Positions 28,796-42,752 of a stretch of DNA of 64,000 nt are shown piece after piece. The number at the start of each line of letters is the position of its first letter. Position 1 is the stretch's first letter. The stretch covers positions 164,734,001-164,798,000 of the forward strand of contig OX597816.1 of NCBI GenBank assembly GCA_951406725.2, given 5' to 3'. This stretch comes from Octopus vulgaris (taxonomy: Eukaryota). The position numbers were made by a program, and so were the translations under genes. The notes below the pieces were generated by a model. It worked only from the letters and a program-made list of their open reading frames with translations, had not been told where the DNA came from and did no database searches.

Positions 28796-29350
28796 CATGT
28801 ATGTATGTATGTATGTATGTATGTACGTATGTACGTATGCATGCATGCATACATGAATGTGTGTATGCGTTTGTGAGTCTGTGTTTGTATACACAGACAC
28901 TCATATACCTATCTATCTAGCCATCAACATATATCGTTGTCGTTGAATGCTCGAAATGAGTAGATCTACAGCCGACAACTGATGAAGGGTCGTTCTCCGT
29001 GTTTACTTTCCTGTTTCCATCTCTCTCTCCCTTTCTCTCTCTCTCTCCCTTTCTCTCTCTCTCTCCCTTTCTCTCTCTCTCCCTTTCTCTCTCTCTCCCT
29101 TTCTCTCTCTCGTTGTTTGTGTATTTAACTCGTTTGATTTCGTATTTCATGTTCTTTACACAGTTAGTGACGTCCTGTACCCATATATGTACACACATAC
29201 ATACACACATATATGTATATATGTATTATTTATATATATATATATATATATTTACATATAAATATGTATGTATATATATATATGTGTGTATGTATATATA
29301 TATGTGTGTATGTATATATTTATGTATATATATGTATGTATATATATATG

Positions 29351-29393
<43 letters not shown>

Positions 29394-29394
29394 G

Positions 29395-29440
<46 letters not shown>

Positions 29441-29464
29441 TAGGTACGTATGTATACATACATG

Positions 29465-30112
29465 TATGGTAACATGTAACCCAGTACAACCTGTTGCATG
29501 GTCGGGCCGTCGGCGACTAAACCGGCAACCCCACCAAGCTTGCTTGGTGAGGAGGGTGATTATTGGACACCCTGCGGGATGAAAAACAAAACCCGTCAAA
29601 GGGCGGAGGAACTCTTGAGAGTCAACGGCCATCCGATAAATGCGCATTTTTTTTCTCTTAAGGCTTAAGGCTGTATCATGCGCGGGGACATAGAAATAAT
29701 CGGACTGAATACCCGATCGCGCGGTTAAATCATTGGGAGTGAAGGACTACTAGCCTTTGTTAGGGCATCCTTCTAGGAGAAGGTAACTCAGGTAACTGGG
29801 ATAACTCCGACAGAAAACCTGCGGCTCAATGGTTACCGATGATGTTGCCTTGTTCTTCTTTTCGGATTATGGCTGCTGTTGCTTAGTGAGTGGGATTGAC
29901 TCAGTGCACAGCCTTTCTTCACTTAAAAAAAATCTTCCTGCACAGGCATTGCACGATAACAATATTGTTCATGATTGTTGATGGTGCTGTGAGTCTCAAC
30001 TGAATGCCTGGCTGTAGCCTTAAAAAGCAAATAAAAGTCACATTCGATCACAGCACCAATAACAGTTAAGCTTCGTGCAATGGCCATACTCGATAACGAT
30101 GGGGCAGCCATC
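29465..30112 (+). mobile_element. RTE 5'-UTR-derived non-autonomous element
   Basis: GGCATCCTTCTAGGAGAAGGTAACTC resembles the conserved RTE 5'-UTR motif (TCTAGGAGAAGGAAAACTC). Confidence 0.5.
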
Positions 30113-30114
30113 AT

Positions 30115-30331
30115 ATATACATGTATATATACACATAGAGGTAGGTACGTACATATATGTACGTATATATGCATATGTTTTATTTATTAATTTATTATAT
30201 GACGGAACGCACGCATCCATTTCTAAGTAAGATTGTTCTTGATATTAATAATGATGCGCACTCTTAACCTTTCTGTCCCCTCCCTTTCTCAGCCTTCATT
30301 CTTTCTGGTTTCCTTTTCTTCTACCTTACTG

Positions 30332-30376
<45 letters not shown>

Positions 30377-31011
30377 CTTCATTGGTTTCCTCTACAACCA
30401 TTCCCTTTTTTCTCTCCCTTTTTCTTGCTCCTCCTTCTCCCTCCCGTCGTTGACCCGCGACGAGAGCTCTGCTACTGTCTTTCTGACCTGGTTTCCTTAA
30501 AGTGTAGACGGCATTTTATGTTGCTCCTTCGCCGTTCACAAAAATAGCGTTCGTAATACTTTTATTTCGTTCGGCTTAACAGCCCTTCTTGTCTTGTTAT
30601 TCTGTTGTCCTATCTTTAACTGTTTATATTTTGTACTGTCGTTACTGTCCTGTTTTTGTTACCATTTTTATCCCCACCCCCGCAAAAAGATCTCAAATTT
30701 TATTTAATTTGCTTTTCGCGGGAAGGAAAGTTTCTATCGAAGATGCGTATCGCCTTCACCTTCGAAACGCAGAGTAGATGAAACCATGGCGACTGAAGAA
30801 GGGAAATTTTCCTTGTGTTATTTGTCCTGTACTCTATTTTTTCGTTGTTTAAGAAAAATGTCCAGTTCCTTGGTTTTGTGTTTATGTTTTCGTTTCTCAT
30901 TGTGTTCGACGTTTTTTTTTTTTTTGGTGTCCTGTACCCATATATGCATGTATATATACATGTAGAGGTAGGTACGTATATATATGTATGTATATATGCA
31001 TATGTTTTATT

Positions 31012-31025
<14 letters not shown>
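30115..31025 (+). mobile_element. Penelope-like non-autonomous element with direct terminal repeats
   Basis: An ~80-bp block (TAGAGGTAGGTACGTA...GCATATGTTTTATTTATTAATTT) occurs at both ends; the same family is present as inverted copies at 44345-44925. Confidence 0.55.
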
Positions 31026-31043
<18 letters not shown>

Positions 31044-31573
31044 TATTATATTTCGGAATGGTTATATTGCCAGTTTAGCCAACAAATATTTAAACGAACG
31101 TATATATATATATATATATAAATTCTCTTCCCTCCATCTTTTTGGTAGTCTCTCGAGTTCAAGAAAAGCGAACCTGTACAACAGTTGATTTGTTTGTAGT
31201 GATCCAATGTTTGTGCTCTTTCCTTCCACAAACAACGTTGCCCCTACAGGTGCACGGTGTGCCACATGTCAGGTGTCGAGGTGACATGAACAACATGAGA
31301 TAACACGTTTTGCCCAGGCCGGGAATACAGATGGTGGTGAGGAAGGTATTTGCTTGTGTTTTTATTCAGTAACGCTAAATGTTCAATGCGCTCTCTTGTA
31401 AGGTGCCGGAGGAGTGTAGACCCGATATCAAAAATAATTATAAGGCATATTATGAATTTGTATAAATAGTAATTTTCCGCGCTCACTGATGAGGGCAGTT
31501 GAACGGGTTTGAGCGTACAAAACCTTTAGACAAAGGAAATAAACCTGTTTACCAATGTGCAGTTAGGAAAAAA

Positions 31574-31638
<65 letters not shown>

Positions 31639-32001
31639 ACTTATAGGAGCATTTTAATTACTGTGATATAATTAAATAATTGGTAACGCAGCTAAAACAG
31701 GACAATATCACAACCTGCAGAAATAGCGACAGTTAACTAAATGATTCTCAATTTTGAAATATTCACACCAAAGAACGCAAGTTATAATGATATCTAACCA
31801 ACAGTAATTTCCTATTAATTCAGCCAGCCAACCATGACCTGTTTGTTCATAATGTTTCTGTGATATAAAAATTCCTAAACTGGCTGCTATACAAAACAAA
31901 ATGCCTGTTTCTGGTTGTCTCAATGTCTCTCTTCTTGTCTTTCTGTGAAACGTGGTGGTTTCCTCTAGTCTTTGAGCATTTCATCTCCACCTTTCCTTAC
32001 C

Positions 32002-32249
32002 AAAGTGGCATGCACTTGAACAGCATATACAAATGTAGGTATATCAAATATTATACAACATAAATTCATGGTTCATTGAAGGAATCTCTACCTCTAGAGG
32101 ATGTCACAATAACCAAAATGGCAACTAAAGTGGCATGCACTTGAACAGCATATGCAAATGTAGGTATATCAAATATTATACAACATAAATTCATGGTTCA
32201 TTGAAGGAATCTCTACCTCTAGAGGATGTCACAATAACCAAAATGGCAA
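32002..32249. repeat. Tandem duplication, 125-bp period
   Basis: Two near-identical copies start at 32002 and 32127. Confidence 0.95.
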
Positions 32250-32758
32250 AGGAGACTGGCTCTCAAATGAAAAGAGGAGACGATGATAATGGTGATGATG
32301 ATGATGATGGTAGTGTTCCTTCTTCTTCTGTTGCTGCCTCTGTTTCTGTTTCTTATAATGATGAGGATGATGATGATGATGAAGATGATGGTAATGTTTA
32401 TGGCGTATTATATTTAAATAAGATGAATCCCAGGACCAAAGAGTTAATTAAAAGCTATCCAACGAAGCTGATAACTTCTCTACAAAGATTTTGTTATGTC
32501 TGTCCACCCATCCATCCACCCACCTATCCAACCATTTCGTTTTCGGTCTAACTCCAGATCTCGGTTTCAAGTCATTAATTATGAAATTATTCCTAATTTT
32601 CACTTGTTACATCCATCACATTCTACCATCATAAATAGGGAAGAGCCATGATAATGCAGTGTGTAATGTAGCGATAGATGTACAGTGTCTGATAGTAAGA
32701 CGGGATGGTTACGTTGGAACGCCGTTGTTTGTAGGTCAGACTGATCAAAGCGAATATA

Positions 32759-33161
32759 GGCGTAGAAGTGGCAGTGTGGTAAGTACTTGCTTACCAACCA
32801 CATGGTTCCGGGTTCAGTCCCACTGCGTGGCACCTTGGGCAATTGCTTTCTACTATAGCCTCGAGCCGACCAAAGCCTTGTGTGTGGGTTTGGTAGACGG
32901 AAACTGAAAGAAGCCCGTCGTATATATCTATATATATATGTATGTGTGTGTATATGTTTGTGTGTCTGTGTGTCTGTGTTTGTCCTCCCAACATCGCTTG
33001 ACAACCGATGGTGGTGTGTCCCCGTAACTTAGCGTTTCAGCAAAAGAGACCGATAGAATAAGAACTAGGCTTACAAAGAATAAGTCTTGGAGTAGATTTA
33101 ATTGACTAAAGGTGGTGCTCCAGCATGGCCACAGTCAAATGACTGAAACAAGTAAAAGAGT
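32759..33161 (+). mobile_element. SINE family C
   Basis: GGCGTAGAAGTGGCAGTGTGGTAAG head, GGTTCAGTCCC B-box-like motif, ATGACTGAAACAAGTAAAAG tail. Confidence 0.85.
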
Positions 33162-33316
33162 ATAGGAGTAACCGACGACGAGGATGACAAGCATTGTCAA
33201 CATCGTCGTAGTCGCTGCCGCCGTCATCACTCCCTCATTCATCATCATCACAACTGCTATCACCACCGTTGCTATCACCTCCATGACCATTACCATCAGA
33301 ACCCGCCTCCTTTTTA

Positions 33317-33750
<434 letters not shown>

Positions 33751-34709
33751 CATCGCCGTCTTCCCACCTCCATTAGCCCACTACCACCACCACAACTACA
33801 GCCATCGCCACCATCGTCATCATCGTTATTATCGACGCTGATGACAACAGCAACAACAGCAAGAAGCTGACAAGCCCAAATCCTCCTCCGACGTTGACTC
33901 AAAGCAGACAGTCTTAACAAATCCAACTCCCCAATTATGAAAAAAAAAATAAATAAATTAAAAAAAAACACAAATGAAGTAGAATAAATAAAATATAATA
34001 AACACCCAAAGAAAATGGTAATTAATGTGAAAGTCGAAGCAGACAAACAAATTGCCATGTCGTAGCCCTTCCATCCTATCCCATAATGCCATAATTACCT
34101 TCAATGTTGACCTTTACACATTTGTCTCTTAGAAAAGTTATTCATGGGTTGCAAGCAACAGTTTCCAGTCTGAAACATCAAATGTATGCAAATATACAAC
34201 TAAATAGAATTGGATTTTATCCATGGAGTGTTGTTAGGTTCAGAATTACATTTCACACGAAGTAATTTTTTTCTATGTCAACAGGAAAAAAAAGCATGGC
34301 AGCATTTCGTCTGCCGCTGCGTTCTGATTTCAAATTCTGCTGAGGTCGACTTTAACTTTCGTCCGTTTCAGTGACGATAAAATAAGGATCAGTTACACTC
34401 TGGCGTCGTTGTAATCGACTTACCCTCTCCTCTGATATTGCTGGCGTTGTGCCATAAATTAAAACCCATTTTTCAAAAGTTGTTCATACGCTTGATTTTG
34501 TGTATTTGGCGGCCGTTTTCGCAATATTTCGTCCAATTTAATCGTTATTCGTCCAGAGTTGCTGAATTCTCCTGGTAGTTCGTTCCCTCTATAAACATGT
34601 GCTCCTTTAAGTTGAAATCATAAAGAGCGTTTTGAATAACATCCTTACGGTATTTAATTTCAAAATACAGTAGGAAAAAATATATATATAAGAAAAAAGT
34701 AACAGACGT

Positions 34710-34792
34710 TAGCACGAGTGGGGTTCGAACCCACGCGGACACTTGTCCATTGGAACTTAAGTCCAACGCCTTAACCTCTCGGCCATCGTGCT
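34710..34792 (-). tRNA. tRNA-Leu-TAA: tRNA-Leu(UAA), D-loop variant (GAGAGG)
   Basis: 83-nt type II cloverleaf with acceptor stem AGCACGA/TCGTGCT and anticodon loop CTTAAGT; T-run terminator downstream. Confidence 0.92.
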
Positions 34793-36749
34793 TCTTGCCG
34801 GTCACGTATGACAAAATAGAGGAGACATTACAAAATATTTAATTGCATGCATATTAGCTTCGATGTGATCGTATAATGTGTGTTCAATTCATAAATCGTT
34901 AAATGTTGGGTATATCATATATAACTGTATATAAACTATATAAGAGTCCGTATCTGTGTTTAAACATTATATGAATTGACAATTCACTAAACGAGATTGA
35001 ATTGACATATCTCCCTTGTATTGAATTGACATATCTCCCTTGTAAACCAGTAGTTCTCGACTGGAGTCCGTATGATCCCTGGGGATCCTTATAAGATTGT
35101 TGGGGGAGGGGGTCCATGTAAGTAAAATAGTAAATTGAAGATCCACAAAAAATATTTTGAGGGTCCATGAAAAAAAGTTTGATTTAATGCAAGAAACAGG
35201 CAGGTTTCTTCCTCAAGCGTTTTGCAAAGGTCACCCTACACAAGTGAATATGTGGAAAGCAAAATAGGAATTTTGAAAGAAGTATCTATAAAACTAGCTT
35301 TTAATGGCTTTGGGGGTTTACAAGTAGAAAAAAAACCAGTAATCAAAGGGATCCAAGCGTAAGAAATGGATGAGATCCACGTTGCTGTATACGGTTGAAA
35401 CCAATTTTGCTATTCGGGAACTAACGAGGGAGCTCTAAGTGGTCGTATGTCCAGCTAGAAATAGCTGCCACAAATCTCCCCCAATTCACGACCTCTGCCT
35501 TAAATAAAAAAAAAATGGGGGTAGAATATGGAATAATATAGTATCTGTTATCTTTTGCTTGTTTCAGTCATTAGACTGCGGCCACGCTGGGGCACCGCTT
35601 TTGTAAAATATGGAACTCTTCACGAATTTGCGCCTTGCGCAAGAGCATTGTGTTGTTCCAATTTTATGATGTGTACTGCCGAAACAAGTACTAGAGCCCC
35701 CACCAAATAAAGAAAAAAAGAAAAAGCCTTTGACCCTAGCTCTTCTTCATCATGGCTGACCAGAGACTAAACAACAATATCTTATTCCTTAAGGTAACAG
35801 CGGCCATTGAATCAAGGTATACAACTGGTGACTACAAAACTCACGACCTATGTTGGAATATTACTCTTATGCATGACCAAGTGTCAGAGTGAATCCAATA
35901 CATCATTGATTGCAACGAAAGGAGAAAATCGGTCGATTTTCTCGATTTTCAAACCCCTTCAAATTGGGAGGCGTTTAAAACGAAAAGGATTCGCACTATT
36001 GATTATAAGCGTTGACGCTATCGTAAAAATATGATACGTGTGCTGGAAATAAATGTAGTGACACAGAGAGGAGCACTATCCAGGGATTTTATAGAGCCTG
36101 TCAGAAAGAAGAGATTGCTGCGGTTGACGTTCAGCATGGGCTTTTGTAGCTCAATGTTTGTAGTAATTTTTTTGTCGGAGAGTTACAGTCGTGGAGAGAT
36201 AGAGTCGAGAGATGTGCTTAAGACAAAATCTGAAAGGAAGGTGAAATACAATGAATGTGGTAAGAAAATGAAGGATGACTTTCTGCGGATAGCTGTGGAT
36301 GCATCTAGCTACTCGGAGGAAGTATGCGGCTAGACGTAGATGACACGTAGGTAGGTGTTGAAAGTATGCAGCTGGGTGTAGAAAATATACAACAAGCTGT
36401 AGAATATATGCAGCTAACTGCAGAATGCATTCAGATAATAGTAGAATGTATCTCGATGCTGTGGAAGGTATGCAACTAGCAGCAGAAAGTATGGATTGCT
36501 ATAAGTGAAATGTGACCGATATATACATGCACATATATATATGTGTATATATATAGTCTATTGACAAATCTTTTACACGCTAGGCCACTGGTAGCAAACA
36601 TTTCTAAAATTTTTTATTACCCTGATATTATTAATTATATATAATATATATATATATTTTTTTTTCTTTTAAATAAAGCATATTACTCTACCCTTGGTAT
36701 TTGAGTACTCTTTTTTCCACCTTGTTTCACATTTATGTATTTACTCCGG

Positions 36750-36792
<43 letters not shown>

Positions 36793-36850
36793 ATATATAC
36801 GCATATCTACACACATACACACGCTTATACTCTTTCTCTTTTCTCTTTCT

Positions 36851-37246
36851 CTTTTACTTGTTTCAGTCATTTGACTGCGGCCATGCTGGAGCACCGCCTT
36901 TAATCGAGCAACTCGACCCCGGGACTTATTCTTTGTAAGCCCAGTACTTATTCTATCGGTCTCTTTTTTGCCGAACCGCTAAGTGACGGGGACGTAAACA
37001 CACCAGCATCGGTTGTCAAACGATGCTAGGGGGACAAACACAGACACACAAACACACACATATATATATATATACATATATACGACAGGCTTCTTTCAGT
37101 TTCCGTCTACCAAATCCACTCACAAGGCATTGGTCGGCCCGGGGCTATAGCAGAAGACACTTGCCCAAGATGCCACGCAGTGGGACTGAACCCGGAACCA
37201 TGTGGTTGGTTAGCAAGCTACTTACCACACAGCCACTCCTGCGCCT
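36851..37246 (-). mobile_element. SINE family C, full length
   Basis: Complete head to tail with internal (CA)/(TA) microsatellite. Confidence 0.88.
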
Positions 37247-37454
37247 ACACGTATATATATATTGAAATAAACTTTAAAAAAGTTCTTTTTATATTACACA
37301 GTAGGCGACAAGGGTTGCCGGGTATGTGAATAAGAATACAAGAGTTAAGGAATTGAGTCGATAAGATCCAGGCTACATATGTTTCATAGCGAGCGGGACC
37401 TCAGAAATGGTAAATATCCAAGCGATGTGTATACCGCAGACTACCTTCAGGCTA

Positions 37455-37489
<35 letters not shown>

Positions 37490-37664
37490 ATGTTTAAACA
37501 CAGATACAGACTCTTATATAGTTTATATACAGTTATATATGATATTCCCAACATTTAAGGAATTATGAATTGAACACACGTTTTACAATCACATCGAAGC
37601 TAATATGCGTGCAATTAAATATTTTGTAATGTCTCCTCTATTTTGTAATCCATTGTTGACCAGA

Positions 37665-37747
37665 AGCACGATGGCCGAGTGGTTAAGGCGTTGGACTTAA
37701 GTTCCAATGGACAAGTGTCCGCGTGGGTTCGAACCCCACTCGTGCTA
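37665..37747 (+). tRNA. tRNA-Leu-TAA: tRNA-Leu(UAA)
   Basis: AGCACGA TG GCCGAGTGGTTAAGGC G TTGGA CTTAAGT TCCAA TGGACAAGTGTCCGC GTGGG TTCGAAC CCCAC TCGTGCT A; all stems pair; TTTTT follows ~11 nt downstream. Confidence 0.97.
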
Positions 37748-38159
37748 ACGACTGTTAGTTTTTATTTTATATATTTTTCCTACTATATTTTGAAATTAAA
37801 TACCGTAAGGATGTTATTCAAAACGCTCTCTATGATATCAACTTAAAGAAGCACATGTTTATAGACGGAACGAACCACCAGGAGAATCCTGCACGTGGTT
37901 ACTCACGGTTCTGGAAATAACAGCCAAATATTTACCATATTATTGCCATGCCGGAGCATTGTTTGACAGTTTTAGTCAAAGGGTTTAGTCTACTTCAGTA
38001 ATTGCAATTTTAACCAGGTACTTATGCCATTGGTCATCTTTATTGAACAGCTAAGTTACAATGACGTAAACAAACGAGCACTGGTTATCAAGTGATGTTG
38101 GGAACCAAACATAAACACAAAGACACGCACACATAAGTATATCTATCTGTCTGTCTATG

Positions 38160-38228
<69 letters not shown>

Positions 38229-38359
38229 GTCTGTCTGTCTGTCTGTCTGTCAGACAGACAGATAACCAATGCTGGTTTGTTTACGTCCCTGTAATTTAGC
38301 TGTTCAATAAATATGACCAATGGCATAAGTACCAGGTTAAACTCAAATCCAATCTGATC

Positions 38360-39265
38360 TATATGCGGTAAGTCAATGGGCAGACAAAACAAAATGCAAC
38401 TAAACGAGGACAAATTTGAGCTGATGCATTTTGGAAGAAATACTAAACTAAAACAGCCATACTCTCTTCTTTCAGGAGAACCGCTCGCAGCATCTAATAA
38501 TATTAGAGATCGAGGAGTAATTATTGATAACAATCTTAGTTGGAGTGTCCACATCAACGATTGGGTAGATATAGCTTGAAGGATGAGCTCCTGGATTTTA
38601 AGAACCTTCTGGTCCAGAGGACAAGATGTCATCATTCCACTTTTCTCCTCCTTTGTACGTCCTTACCTCGAATACTGCTGCTCACTGTGGTCTCCCCATA
38701 TAAAACATCACGAAAATTGATTCACCCCAGTGGGCATTCACTAAACGAATTAAGGGCATGACTGATCTCGATTACTGGGACCGCCTTAAAGCCTTGAAAC
38801 TCTACTCTCTCCTGTGCCGCCGCGAGCGGTACATCATTTGTCCGATGTGGAGAATATACCGCCAGTATTGCCCAAACGACCTGAACCTTAGCTTCAAGGT
38901 TCATCCAAGGCTGGGACCCCGGGCCATACGTCACCTGCCCAATTGTGGATCACACCACATAGGTACAGGGTAACACAATTTCTATTCCTCAACAGGACCT
39001 GCCCTATTTAACATTGTCCCAAAAATCTGATCAAAGAAGAAAAGGATCCCATCACCTTTAAACGGAGTCTGGACAAATTTCTTCAGGGAATACCAGATAA
39101 GCCACCCATACCTGGATGCAATTCACTCAACAAGAACTCCCTACTTGAATGGACCTGATAACACAAAATTTTACTTAAAAAGGATTTAGATAATCATATC
39201 AGATGGTGCTATTAAGTTAGACATGGCCTGAACCAATCTTTAGTTGAAACATATCTAAGCTTATC
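38360..39265 (+). pseudogene. CR1-clade LINE 3' fragment (RT C-terminus plus 3' UTR), frameshifted
   Basis: MQLNEDKFELMHFG, RDRGVIIDNNLSW, VRPYLEYCCSLWSP and DYWDRLKALKLYSL motifs; TATCTAAG tail. Confidence 0.85.
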
Positions 39266-41032
39266 TTTTCCATTTCCGTTAACCAAATCTTCTCACAAAG
39301 CTTTGGTCAGCCAGGGACTAATAAGGAAATACTTGACCAAGGTGTGACATGTAGCGGGACCGAATTTGAAACCACGTAGTTAAGAAGCAAACCTCTTAAC
39401 ATACACAAACACTAACAGGTGTTTGGTTGTTTACGTCTCTATAACTACGAACCCAGGCAAAAAAGACCGATAGAATATGAAACAAATTTAAAAGAATGTA
39501 ACTACTGGGGTCGATGTGCTCCACTGAAACCATTCATGGTGGTGCTCCAGCATGGCCGCAACCTCATGACTGAAATAGAGTAAAAGGTAAAATGATGGCC
39601 CTCATCTGGAATTGAACTCCGTTATAGAGAAACTGAAGCCCGATCTACAGCTTATTAGGCACCATTAACCCCACCTCAAGGACTGAAGAAGGTCACAGAT
39701 GTTGAAATAAGAGGGTCATCGATTTAATGGACCTCCCAATGTCTTCTTTCTAAGTCGATTGGCCGCTATCAGCTTGTTTCGATCGCCATTGAGATTTCGT
39801 GTGTTCTCTGACCTCGAACTACCGGCGGCTCGTCTCAGAAATGAGGCCCGATGCCTGCTGCAGTAAGTGCCGCTGGCCCTTTTTTGCAGCAACACCATCG
39901 CGGTTATATCCGCAGGGCGCGGCTGAAGCCGCCTTTTTTTCTGGCCCAAATAACCATCAACTCTCTCCCCATCATCTTTTGCTTCTTTTTCTTTATTTCC
40001 TTGTCATTAAATCGTGATTCAGTCTTCAAGGCTGGTCTATTGCTGGTATTCAATAAAAAACCTAGAAAATAAAAATGAATTTATTGATTATTGAGGACAT
40101 AAAACGAAAAGTAATTCAATAAAATAGATCAAAGGCATTTTTTATTTGACTTCGTTCGGTTCTGCTGTTTTTCTAACTTTTTACCTTTTATTTATTTCAC
40201 CCATTTGACAGCTGCCATGCTGGAACACCGCCTTGAAGGGTTTTAGCCGAATAAATGATTTTCAAGTTCGGAAGTTATTTTATTGTTTAATTTTTGGCCA
40301 AACTACTAAGTTATGGGAACGTAGACAAGCCAACACCGGTTGTCAGACGATGGGTCCGTGTGAGTACAACTCACTTTTGAGTACAAACTCACGTTTCAGT
40401 AGAACCCACTTGAGTACAACTCATTTTTGGGTGCAGCTCATTTTTGCTAGCTTAGACTGAAGCAACGTGAAATAAAGTGTCTTGCTTAAGAATACAACAC
40501 GCCGCAAGGTATCGAACTCACAATATTACGACCATGAGCCGAATACCCTAACCACTTAGCCAGGCACCCACGCTATAGCAAAAGATACTTTTCCGTGGTG
40601 CCGTGACAGCCAGCGATTTGCAAAGCGAGCTCCTTAATCCCGCAACTCTGCCTAGGAGCCAATGAGAAAGGCGCTTCTATGTGGTTAGTCGTTCTGCGTG
40701 AAATTGCAGCCAAATGCCCTTCAAGTTTCACGCTGACGTCTTGAATTAAGAAGGACATAGGCTTGATATTCTGGGTCCTAGGTTTCATGAACACAGAAAA
40801 ACTTGATGGTAGCCACGGCTGGGATGCATTTTATCATAGGTTTTTATTGGATCAAGCCTGGCCTTGGGTTAAGCAAACAACAGTAGCAGCAACAAAAACA
40901 ACAACAGCTTTTCTGCACACCGAAGGTAAATAAATGATGAATATATAATAATATACACACATTAATCCACACAATATATACAAACGTACACACATGCAAA
41001 CATAGATACATACATACGCATACATACATATG

Positions 41033-41111
<79 letters not shown>

Positions 41112-41119
41112 CATATATA

Positions 41120-41263
41120 GGCGCAGGACTGGCTATGTTGTAAGTAGCTTGCTTAACAACCACATGGTTCCGGGTTCAGTCCCACTGCGTGGCAACTTGG
41201 GCTGACCAAAACCTTGTGAGTGGATTTGGAAGCTCGTCATATATATATCTATATCTATCTATC

Positions 41264-41318
<55 letters not shown>

Positions 41319-41510
41319 GTTTTGTGTGTCTCCCTACAATTGCTTGACAACCGATGTTGGTGTATTTACGTCCCCCGTAACTTGGCGGTTCGCTACAGGG
41401 ACTGATAGAATAAGTACTAGGCTTACAAAGAATAAGTCCTGGGGCCGATTCGTTCGACTAAAGGCGGTGCTCCAGCATGGCCGCAGTCAAATGACTGAAA
41501 CAAATAAAAG
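41120..41510 (+). mobile_element. SINE family C
   Basis: Homologous to 32759-33161. Confidence 0.85.
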
Positions 41511-41536
41511 GTAGATGGATAGATAGATAGACAGAC

Positions 41537-41574
<38 letters not shown>

Positions 41575-42158
41575 GCTATCTTTTATATATGTAAGTTTCT
41601 ACACACACGTACGCGCATGATCCAATGAGCTGCTAGATATAGCAACCAAAACACCCCTCAAAAAATGACGAATCCATTGTTTGTGGATGCTTAAACAGAA
41701 AGCTACCTCTCTCTATCTTTCTTAATCGTATAAAGTCTGCTTGCCTTTATCCAAAGAATTAGAATAAACCACGTATCTGATGACGCTGTTGTGCCGAACA
41801 GTTGTTTTAATAAAGTGAAATTCGACTCCCACCACTTCCCAATATATGGTGTTACATAAAAGCCAAGGTTTGTAAAAGCATAGACTTGTGTCAAATTCCC
41901 AGCTCCACCCTAATTCGACAAAAAGAAGTTTACTTATGATCTCTATTATGAAAGAACACTGGAAAGTATATGGAAGCACAGAAGAAGCGAAATTTTTATC
42001 GTATGTCAGACAGTTTAGGTGCCCTTTCCACCCTAATTGAGTTGCAACAATATGCGTTATACATACATACATAAAGACATACAGGCACACATACAGGCAT
42101 ACATACATACATACATACATACATACATACATACAGACAGACAGACAGACAGACAGAC

Positions 42159-42228
<70 letters not shown>

Positions 42229-42309
42229 GTAGATATATATACATATATATATAGAATACACACACACACACACACACACACATGTATATATATTATTTTA
42301 TTCTGTTAT

Positions 42310-42752
42310 TCTCTTACTTGTTTCAGTTATTTGACTGCGGCCAAGCTTCTTTCAGTTTCCGTCTACCAACTCCACTCACAAAGTTTTGGTCGGGACGAGG
42401 CTATAGTAGAAAACACTTGCCCAAGGTGCCACGCAGTGGGACTGAACTCGGAACCGTTTGGTTCGGAAGCAAGCTTCTTTATTACCCCACAAGGGGCTAA
42501 ACATAGAAGGGACAAACAATGACAGACAATGGGGTTAAGTCGATTACATCGACCCCAGTGCGTAACTGGTACTTAATGTATCGACCCCAGTGCGTAACTG
42601 GTACTTAATGTATCGAACCCGAAAGGATGAAAGGCAAAGTCGACCTCAGAGGAATTTGAACTCAGAACCTAACGGCAGAAGAAATACGGCTACGCATTTT
42701 GCCCGGCGTGCTGACGTTCCTACCAGCCTATCACACAGCCACTCCTGCGCCT
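42310..42752 (-). mobile_element. Family B SINE (42480-42725) nested in a family C SINE
   Basis: The family C body at 42310-42478 is separated from its head ACACAGCCACTCCTGCGCC (~42733-42751) by a family B copy. Confidence 0.75.

Noticed and set aside
36031-36333. 100-aa non-repetitive ORF between the tRNA genes
   Set aside because: No recognisable domain or splice context; a length compatible with chance.
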